From contig WVXK01000023.1 of NCBI GenBank assembly GCA_011773515.1, positions 67,263 to 131,262 of the forward strand: a DNA stretch of 64,000 nt, given 5' to 3'. Source of the DNA: Deltaproteobacteria bacterium (GTDB lineage: Bacteria; Desulfobacterota; Deferrimicrobia; J040). A model generated the notes under the pieces. It was not told where the DNA came from. It searched no databases and worked only from the letters and a program-made list of their open reading frames with translations. The position numbers and the translations under genes were made by a program. Below are positions 49,042 to 56,245 of the stretch, one piece after another; the first letter of the stretch is position 1; every line of letters begins with the position of its first letter.

Positions 49042-49821
49042 TTATTTGAAGTCCCTTTTCGAAAAAATGAAGTTCGAAATGAAAATGAGTAGCACGAGAT
49101 AAAAGAAGAAGTAAAGGAATACGTAGCCTATCTTTCCTGCATCGAGGTGTACCCCGTAAACTGCCACGTTCTTGAAGTTGAAGTTCTCAAGATTCGGAAG
49201 TATGTAATACACGGCGAGGGGCAAATACTTACCAAGGAGCGTCTCCGCCCTCTCGCCAAAATATTTCAGGTCAGGGCTCAGGTGCCCGATAAAAAATATC
49301 GAAAGGGTGAAGATGGCACTCAAAGTAGTCGTTGTGAAGGAAGAAAACAGCATGGCAACGGCCGTTAGGATCAGCAGCTCGAGGTAGATCATAAGAGCGA
49401 CGAAAAGAATCTCCATACGGATGTGCCCGCTCTGCACGAATGTGGTCAAAATGAGGCCAGAGGTCATTGCAAGGTTCGTGAGAAAAATCGTGACGGAAAG
49501 CCCCGAGAACTTACCGATCAAGAATGCGAACCGGGACACCGGCTTTGAGACGATAGCGTAAATGGTTTTTTTATCCACCTCTTTGCTGACAAGGGTAATA
49601 CCGACGAAGATCGCGATAATCGCCCCAAAAATGTGCACGCATGCAAGGCCCACATTTATGACTACTCGCTCGAAATCTCCCAGGGACAACTCGGCGATGA
49701 AGTAGGACAGGCCGATCAAAAGGATAGCGAACATGAGGAGGCTGTAAAGTATACGATCCCGGATAGTCTCCCTGAACGTATTGACAGCGATCGTCCCGAC
49801 GCTCATGCAACTACCCTCCAA
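49042..49821 (-). CDS. ABC-2 family permease (PilI/GldF-like)
   Basis: 259 aa, about 6 TM, no nucleotide-binding domain; overlaps the upstream ATPase gene by 11 nt. Confidence 0.7.
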   Translation of the reverse strand: MEGSCMSVGTIAVNTFRETIRDRILYSLLMFAILLIGLSYFIAELSLGDFERVVINVGLACVHIFGAIIAIFVGITLVSKEVDKKTIYAIVSKPVSRFAFLIGKFSGLSVTIFLTNLAMTSGLILTTFVQSGHIRMEILFVALMIYLELLILTAVAMLFSSFTTTTLSAIFTLSIFFIGHLSPDLKYFGERAETLLGKYLPLAVYYILPNLENFNFKNVAVYGVHLDAGKIGYVFLYFFFYLVLLIFISNFIFSKRDFK

Positions 49822-50743
49822 CCTTTTCTATGAAGAGTTCTTCGAGATTTACCCTTACCGGAATGATGGCCGTTATGTTACCCCTTGCGTCTCGTGCCGC
49901 GTCGATCACCCTGTTTGCCGACACTTCAGAGGGAACGTGAAATACGAGGACGTTCCCCCGTAAAAAATGTGATACGAACGAGGCGTTCAATGCAGCGATG
50001 AGCTCATCGGTTCTCTCGATCCCCTCAACGCAGATCTCATAGTATTTAATGGCCTCTCGTCCCAAGAGATCACCGATCCTGCCCTCTGCAACCTTTCTCC
50101 CTCTGTGAAGAATGCACACTCTGTCGGCAAGGAGTTCAACATCGGAAATTATGTGGGAGCTGAAAAAAACCGTTTTCCCTCTATTTTTCAAATCCCGGAT
50201 CAGCTCCCTGATCTCCAGCCTTCCGATAGGATCGAGACCGGACATGGGTTCGTCGAGAATCACCAGTTCCGGGTCGTTTATCAGAGCCTGAGCCATCCCT
50301 ATTCTCTGAAGCATACCCTTCGAAAACTTCCGGAGCTGCAGGTGAATCGCATCTTTCAACCCCACGATCTCCAGTAACTCTTCTGCTCTTCTCTCCCGTT
50401 CCCCTTTTTTCAAACCGAAGAGGTTCCCGCAGAACATGAGGATCTCCCAGGCGGTGAGGTATTCGTAAAAATATGGGTGCTCCGGCAGAAACCCTATTCT
50501 CTTTTTCTGCTGCACGTTACCGAGTGGCTCATCGAATATCCTCACCTCTCCTTCTGTAGGATATATGATGGAGTTGAGAATCTTAATCGTCGTGGTTTTA
50601 CCAGCCCCGTTCGGACCCAGGAACCCGTATAGTTCGTTTGTATGCACGGATAGAGATATCCCATCGAGGGCCACAAAGGGCTTGAGAAAAAATCCCATTC
50701 GGTAAATTTTTTTCAGTCCCGTAATCTTGATAGCCTCTTCCAT
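49811..50743 (-). CDS. ABC transporter ATP-binding protein (PilH/CcmA-like)
   Basis: Walker A GPNGAGKTT, signature FSKGMLQRIGMA, Walker B LVILDEPMSGLD; 310 aa. Confidence 0.85.
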   Translation of the reverse strand: MEEAIKITGLKKIYRMGFFLKPFVALDGISLSVHTNELYGFLGPNGAGKTTTIKILNSIIYPTEGEVRIFDEPLGNVQQKKRIGFLPEHPYFYEYLTAWEILMFCGNLFGLKKGERERRAEELLEIVGLKDAIHLQLRKFSKGMLQRIGMAQALINDPELVILDEPMSGLDPIGRLEIRELIRDLKNRGKTVFFSSHIISDVELLADRVCILHRGRKVAEGRIGDLLGREAIKYYEICVEGIERTDELIAALNASFVSHFLRGNVLVFHVPSEVSANRVIDAARDARGNITAIIPVRVNLEELFIEKVGG

Positions 50744-50763
50744 CTCAATATTCCCCGCAACGC

Positions 50764-51645
50764 TTACCTTTTCTTGTAAAGCCGTAATCTCTCTTTTACA
50801 ATCGAACTCTTCACGTTCCCCGTATCTCTCTCTATATAGTAATACCCCCCAAATGGCTCCTTCGGTATCTCCCCGAGCAAGCCCAGTCTCACCAGATCAC
50901 CCAAGGTTTCCGGGCTCTTTCCCTTGATATTGCTGTACTCATTTGCGGCGATCTGGAGAAGGTTCAAATCTCTTTCAACGACGACCCGCTTCATCCTGCC
51001 CTCGATTTTTTCCCTCAGTACGGGATCTTCAGTCTGATTATACATCTTCTCCAGAAAAGCAAGCGCCGTATCGGGTTTATTCGCCTCAGAAAGCAGCCGC
51101 GAGGCCAGAAAAGGGAGATAGGCAGGGGAACCGGGTAACTTGCTCGCCATAATGATGTACTCCGACGCCAGGTCGAATTGCTGGAGATAAAAAAAGTAAT
51201 TAAAGCCGATATAGAAAGGAAACCTCCACCTATCGGGGAGATTTCGCATCCCCTTTTTTAGGACGAGGATGCTTTCATCGACAAAGTCACGATGGGAAGC
51301 GAGGATGATCCCTCCAAAAAGATAGGCCGTCTCGAACTTCCTATCGAGAGTAGTGACGAGGTCCAAAGAGCGGTACAACCAGTCGAGGCCGTTTACGGTA
51401 TATTGCTTTTCCCCGGCATATTGAACGCACCTGAGCCAGGTGACATCACTGACGAACGCATCGAAACCCAGTGAAAATCTTTTAACAGCATCCACATCGG
51501 GAAGAAAGATGTATTTTGCCTGCGAGATTTTTGTTCGGTTGTCGATAACCATCTGCGTTGTTGCCGAGGATATAACGAGAACAAGGGCTATGAACAGAAC
51601 CGGGAGAGAACGTATCTTCATATCGAGCTCTTTATTCTCGTTCAT
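50764..51645 (-). CDS. Hypothetical exported/membrane-anchored protein (PilG-like position ahead of the ABC pair)
   Basis: 293 aa; N-terminal hydrophobic segment LPVLFIALVLVISSA then a helical repeat-like domain. Assignment is by position only. Confidence 0.5.
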   Translation of the reverse strand: MNENKELDMKIRSLPVLFIALVLVISSATTQMVIDNRTKISQAKYIFLPDVDAVKRFSLGFDAFVSDVTWLRCVQYAGEKQYTVNGLDWLYRSLDLVTTLDRKFETAYLFGGIILASHRDFVDESILVLKKGMRNLPDRWRFPFYIGFNYFFYLQQFDLASEYIIMASKLPGSPAYLPFLASRLLSEANKPDTALAFLEKMYNQTEDPVLREKIEGRMKRVVVERDLNLLQIAANEYSNIKGKSPETLGDLVRLGLLGEIPKEPFGGYYYIERDTGNVKSSIVKERLRLYKKR

Positions 51646-53568
51646 CGATTTTTACCCGTAAGTCATTCAACGTCTGATCATCAAGCATAATCAGTTTTTC
51701 GGCATACGTGTCGAGTCCTTTAAGCCCTGCGTATTTTTTATATACAGAGAGGGCCCTCTTGTAAAGAAAGCTCGCCTCTTCCTTTTCTCCTCGTATTTCT
51801 CTCATTTTACCAAGAAGGTAATATCCAATGGCAAAATTCGGCTCCGTTGATACGGCTTTCACCAATATCCGCTCTGCTTCACCGTTTCTGCCTGACTTCG
51901 AAAAGAGAGTCGCTAGATTTTTCATCGCAAAAACATTGTGGGGTTCGATGACGAGTTGTGCGGAATAGAGGCGGATGGACTCCTCATCAAGGTTCCCCAC
52001 TTCATCATTTGTATAGAGCCCTCTATGTATTCCCTGCTGCAAGAGAAAAGCCTTCCTTCCGCGGAGCGAAGCGGACCTCTTCTGTCTTCGTAATGCATTT
52101 TCCACCTCGTAAATCGCCATCTTAAAGTGAAATATATCCCCTTTTTTCAGAAACGTTCGGTAATGAATCGCCCCTTTCGTCTCATGCTTTCTCCCGTCCA
52201 GAAAGTCAGCAGCAGTTGCCACGCGCAACAACGTGATTGCAGAATCGAAGCTGCCCATGCGCGCCTGCCGCTCCCCCAGAGAGGAAAGATAGAAAGAGCT
52301 GACCGTAGCCGTACAGTAGGTCACCGAGGCGACGGTAAACAGGGCGAGGGGTACCTTCATCCCCTTCCGGAGAACTGCCTCCTCCCATTCGATTTCGGCT
52401 TCACCGATATAGAGCCCCACAATGGCAAGCATGACGAGAGGCAAAGCGAAGGTGTGATAGAGCGAATCGACTGAGGCATGCACCAAAAATGATGCCCCCG
52501 CACCGAACGTGATCGCTCGCAACGGGTGAGGGACGCTTCTCGGCGGAAAGATGATCTTCAGGAGCAGCGAGATCACAAATCCAAGGTAGAGGATCAATCC
52601 GATCACCCCCTGTTCAACGAGAACCTGGAGGTGCTCGTTGTGCAGGGTCCGAGCCTTTTTTCCATACAGCGACACGGCTCCGGCAACGGGAGATTCATAT
52701 TGATCGTAGTAATATTTGAAGTTGCCGAGACCGACCCCGAGGGGATGGTCCGACACTACACGCAGGCCCGCATCGTAGATGCTCAAACGAGAATACCGGT
52801 AAGCGTCTGCCCGCGATACTACTCTTTCCCGCAGGGGATTGGGAAGGACAGCGAAAAGGACGAAAAATGAGAGGATGATGGCAAGCGCCTTCCATCTCAG
52901 ACGGAAAAACAGAACCAGCGAGATGCCGGTAAGGCACGATATGGCTGCACCTCTCGACTTTGTGAGGATAAGAGCTGCAAGAGACAGGAGGAAGAAAAAT
53001 ATGTAGATACCTTTGTCCCTCACCCGATCTTTTCCAAACAGGGCCAGTGCGATGAACACGATGGAAGAGATGCTCATCAGCTCACCCATGAAATTCGGGT
53101 TGAAGAACGACCCCGCCGGCCTCGGGTCGTGAAGGACGAACCTCTGATAGAGTTGTAATCCCATCCCCACGATCACTGACAGGGAGAGGAAAAGAGCAAG
53201 ATGGTGAATTCTAACCGTACGCCGTCTTGCGGCATCGGTGATCAGAGCGAAAAAGGATAGGCACACCATGATATTTATGGCCCACTGAAGCGAGGGCCAA
53301 GGGGCTGAAGCGATCGCTCCGTTTACGAAGGATATGAGAGTATAGGAGGTGAAAAAAAAAGCGGGAGGGTGAAATTACGGGGGATTCCAAACCCACCTCT
53401 TATGAAACATAACGCCAGGACGAGAATTGTACCCACCCTTATGAGAAAAGTGGGCAACGGGGTGGTGCCACCGTTCACGAGGGAAAGTCCCAGCAATAAA
53501 AAAAGTGGCAGAGAGGAAAATACATTCCCCTCTGCCACTTGGTTCTCACAAACAATAGAATTCATCAA
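51632..53568 (-). CDS. O-antigen ligase family (Wzy_C) polytopic membrane protein with C-terminal TPR repeats; reading frame interrupted at an A9/T9 homopolymer
   Basis: ORF 53323..53568 (81 aa, two TM helices) and ORF 51632..53269 (545 aa) are in different frames. Adding one T (or removing two) at the tract fuses them into ..PRNFTLPLFFF-TSYTLISFVNGAIASAPWPSLQWAINIMVCLSFF... The Wzy_C signature ..ALILTKSRGAAISCL..RTLHNEHLQVLVEQGVIGLILYLGF.. is present, and the C-terminal ~200 aa are TPR-like. Confidence 0.6.
53352..53360 (-). repeat. Homopolymeric A9 (plus) / T9 (coding strand) tract at the frameshift inside the O-antigen-ligase-like gene
   Basis: Plus 53351-53361 reads G AAAAAAAAA G. Confidence 0.9.
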
Positions 53569-53571
53569 ACC

Positions 53572-54054
53572 CTACACGTCGTTTGCAACGTTTACCAGAG
53601 AGTTCAAGTCGTTGATGGTCCATGAATCTAGGTCGGCATCGTTGTCTATGTTCCCGATCGCCCCAGCGGTGAACTGGTTTTGGCCCACGTCGATATTAGC
53701 GAGACCAGCCGTGTCATCGATAGTATCTGTAGATATGATAGAAAAATCAGAGCCTGGCCCCGGAGGGGTCGCGATTCCCTGATCCCCGCCGAGAGCATAG
53801 TCGTAGCGCTGACTCGTCCCCACGGGTTCCCAGTTGACCGCGTCGAACGTATTGTAGGTGCTGTACTCCCCAAAGTAAGATGTCTCAGCGGTGTATACCG
53901 CCTTCAGGTTCGTCTTCGCCTCGGACTGCTTCGACTTTGCCTGGAACTTAAGAAAGTTGGGGATCGCTATCGCCGCGAGAATACCGATAATCGCCACAAC
54001 GATCATCAGCTCGATGAGGGTAAAACCTTTTCTGCTTCTCACTCTTTTAATCAT
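53572..54054 (-). CDS. pilA: Type IVa major pilin PilA (copy 2)
   Basis: AGGAGG (54060-54065) then ATG at 54054: MIKRVRSRKG|[24 protein letters not shown]... The ORF track extends to 54159 via an upstream TTG, which is unlikely. Mature protein ~150 aa with no Cys. Its stop lies 4 nt before the ligase-like gene. Confidence 0.9.
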   Translation of the reverse strand: MIKRVRSRKGFTLIELMIVVAIIGILAAIAIPNFLKFQAKSKQSEAKTNLKAVYTAETSYFGEYSTYNTFDAVNWEPVGTSQRYDYALGGDQGIATPPGPGSDFSIISTDTIDDTAGLANIDVGQNQFTAGAIGNIDNDADLDSWTINDLNSLVNVANDV

Positions 54055-54142
54055 TTTTTCCTCCTTGTTGGGTATTGTATAAGTCTGATCAGATCCGTTC
54101 AATTTTTTTTTCCTCCTTAACGAAATATTTACCCAATCAATT

Positions 54143-54160
54143 TTCAACAATCGTGCCAAA
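54143..54160 (-). promoter_or_regulatory. Candidate sigma-54 promoter for pilA copy 2
   Basis: Minus strand reads TTGGCACGATTGTTGAAAA: GG and the -12 dinucleotide are spaced correctly, but -12 is GA rather than GC. About 90 nt upstream of the ATG. Confidence 0.3.
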
Positions 54161-54218
54161 ATCTATCCGAAAGAGGTTAAAACAAATTATCTTTTTTTTT
54201 CAAATGTTTGTCGGATTT

Positions 54219-54248
54219 AAAAAAAAAGACCGCGACGTTCGAAGGTCT
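54219..54248 (-). terminator. Putative intrinsic terminator after pilA copy 1 (weak 5-bp stem followed by U9 on the minus strand)
   Basis: Minus strand: AGACC-TTCGAACGTCGC-GGTCT then T9 (plus A9 at 54219-54227). Confidence 0.3.
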
Positions 54249-54317
54249 GGGATTGGCAAATTGTGACAAAATTTGTCAGGAAAATGGAACCTATGTGACA
54301 TTTTGCGTCCGTAAATT

Positions 54318-54755
54318 TTAAATGTCATCGATTAGATTTACAAGGTTCTTTATCTGGTCAATCTGCCAGATATCGTACGTTACATCCTGATCCAGGTTTC
54401 CCCAAGAGTATGCGCTGAACGATATGTTATCCGCCCCGGGTGTGATGCCTGCCGGAACGGGGTCGCCGATGCCGTACAGTTCACTTCCGACGGAATATGT
54501 GTAGTATTTGAGGGTACCCACGGGAACCCACCGTATCGTTGAAAAACTAGCAGAATACATGTCGAATTCGGCATAATATGAGAGCTCGCAATTATATATG
54601 GCACCGAGGTTCGACTTTGCTTCTGATTTCTTCGTTTTCGCCACGAAGTTGTTGAAGTTGGGAATTGCAATCGCCGCAAGAATACCGATGATGGCAACGA
54701 CGATCATCAGTTCGATGAGGGTAAAGCCATTCTCATCTTTCTCAATTTGAATCAT
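54318..54755 (-). CDS. pilA: Type IVa major pilin PilA (copy 1)
   Basis: [10 protein letters not shown]|[24 protein letters not shown]..; 145 aa. The first 24 mature residues are identical to copy 2; the C-terminal domain diverges. Confidence 0.9.
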   Translation of the reverse strand: MIQIEKDENGFTLIELMIVVAIIGILAAIAIPNFNNFVAKTKKSEAKSNLGAIYNCELSYYAEFDMYSASFSTIRWVPVGTLKYYTYSVGSELYGIGDPVPAGITPGADNISFSAYSWGNLDQDVTYDIWQIDQIKNLVNLIDDI

Positions 54756-54791
54756 TATCTTTTCCTAGATTCGTCTTAGGTTTGAATTGCG

Positions 54792-54811
54792 TGCATAAAA
54801 CATGCCCAGCT
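54792..54811 (-). promoter_or_regulatory. Candidate sigma-54 promoter for pilA copy 1
   Basis: Minus strand reads CTGGGCATGTTTTATGCACG: GG and GC separated by 10 nt (-24 GGGCAT, -12 ATGCA). About 25-40 nt upstream of the RBS and ATG. Confidence 0.4.
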
Positions 54812-54847
54812 AATCCTCTACAGGAAAGCCCGACCGATTACCGCTTA

Positions 54848-56245
54848 TTACTCGATACCATATTTCTCCAGGCGATACCGCAGGGACCTGAAGGATATCC
54901 TCAACAGTTTCGCCGCCTCCGTTTTGTTTCCCCCCGCACGTTCGAGCGCCTTGAGGAGGAAGTTTCTTTCTATATTGCCGACAATCCCGTCAAGAGACGT
55001 CCCCTCCAGGGAGAGGCTTTCATAATATTCTGGAAGTTCATACTGCTCGTCGCCTGTCTCGATGAGGTTTTCCGGAAGACTCTCCGGGGTCACCTGATCT
55101 TTCAGTTCGAGGATTACCGCCCTCTCGATAATATTCTCCAGCTCCCTTACGTTGCCCGGAAAATCGTATCTCATGAGCATCCTCATCGCGTCGGGTGAAA
55201 TCTTTTTTATCTCCTTACCAATTTCGATCGCGTACCTGCTGAGGAAATGATGGGCCAAAAGGGGTATATCCTCCTTCCTGTCCCGCAGGGGAGGAACATG
55301 AATGGAAACAACGTTCAGACGGTAAAAGAGGTCATCTCTAAAGCTTCCATTTTCCACTGCATCGAGGAGGTTTTTTTTCGAAGCGGAAACTATCCTCGCA
55401 TCTACCCTGATGAGGTCATTGCCGCCAACCCGCCGAAAAGCCTTTTCCTGAATTGCCCGCAGAAGTTTTCCCTGCAACGGGTTCGGCATCTCACCGATCT
55501 CATCGAGAAACAGGGTTCCACCGCTTGCGAGTTCAAAGAGGCCCTGCTTATTGTTTATGGCACCGGTAAACGCACCTTTCACGTGACCGAAGAGCTCTGA
55601 TTCGAGAAGAGATTCGGGTATGGCAGCACAGTTTATCTCGACAAAAACATTTTCAAATCTTTCACTCTTGTTGTGGATAGCCCTTGATATAAGCTCTTTC
55701 CCCGTTCCCGATTCCCCGAGTATCAGAACGTTTGCATTCGTGGGAGCGATTCTATCTATGAGTTCGAATGTTTTCGTCATAGTTTCCGAAGCCCCGATGA
55801 TAAACTCATATGACAGCTTTTTCTTGACCTCCTCCCGCAACGCTATGTTGTGCAGGGTAATGTCCTTCTTTTCCAGAGCCCGCTCGACGAGGATGCTCAA
55901 CTCCTGATTGTCGAAGGGCTTCGTCACGTAATTGAACGCGCCCTGCCTCATGGCTAACACGGCGTTTTCAATGGAGCCATGAGCAGTCATAATGATAACC
56001 TCTGTCTCGGGGTGGGATTCTTTCACTCTTGTTAAAACACGAAGGCCGTCATCTCTGGCAGCCATTTTCATATCCGTTATCACCACATCGTACACGTGGA
56101 GAGACAAGAGCCGGTAGGCATCCTCAACTGTTCCCCCCGTATCCACAAGGTATCCGTTTTTCTTGAAGAAGATTTCAAGAACGGTTCGGATGCTCTCCTC
56201 GTCATCCATGATCAATATATATCTCTGGCCGTCTTTACCCTTCAT
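54848..56245 (-). CDS. Sigma-54-dependent response regulator (second PilR-like paralog, no adjacent kinase)
   Basis: REC (..[22 protein letters not shown]..), AAA+ ([25 protein letters not shown]), C-terminal HTH. The start overlaps the topA stop by 11 nt. Confidence 0.85.
   Translation of the reverse strand: MKGKDGQRYILIMDDEESIRTVLEIFFKKNGYLVDTGGTVEDAYRLLSLHVYDVVITDMKMAARDDGLRVLTRVKESHPETEVIIMTAHGSIENAVLAMRQGAFNYVTKPFDNQELSILVERALEKKDITLHNIALREEVKKKLSYEFIIGASETMTKTFELIDRIAPTNANVLILGESGTGKELISRAIHNKSERFENVFVEINCAAIPESLLESELFGHVKGAFTGAINNKQGLFELASGGTLFLDEIGEMPNPLQGKLLRAIQEKAFRRVGGNDLIRVDARIVSASKKNLLDAVENGSFRDDLFYRLNVVSIHVPPLRDRKEDIPLLAHHFLSRYAIEIGKEIKKISPDAMRMLMRYDFPGNVRELENIIERAVILELKDQVTPESLPENLIETGDEQYELPEYYESLSLEGTSLDGIVGNIERNFLLKALERAGGNKTEAAKLLRISFRSLRYRLEKYGIE

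Noticed and set aside
54055-54159. Long N-terminal extension of pilA copy 2 from an upstream TTG (MARLLKIDWVNISLRRKKK..)
   Set aside because: A canonical AGGAGG sits 5 nt before the internal ATG, which yields a normal 10-aa prepilin leader (MIKRVRSRKG|F). The extension would bury the signal peptide.
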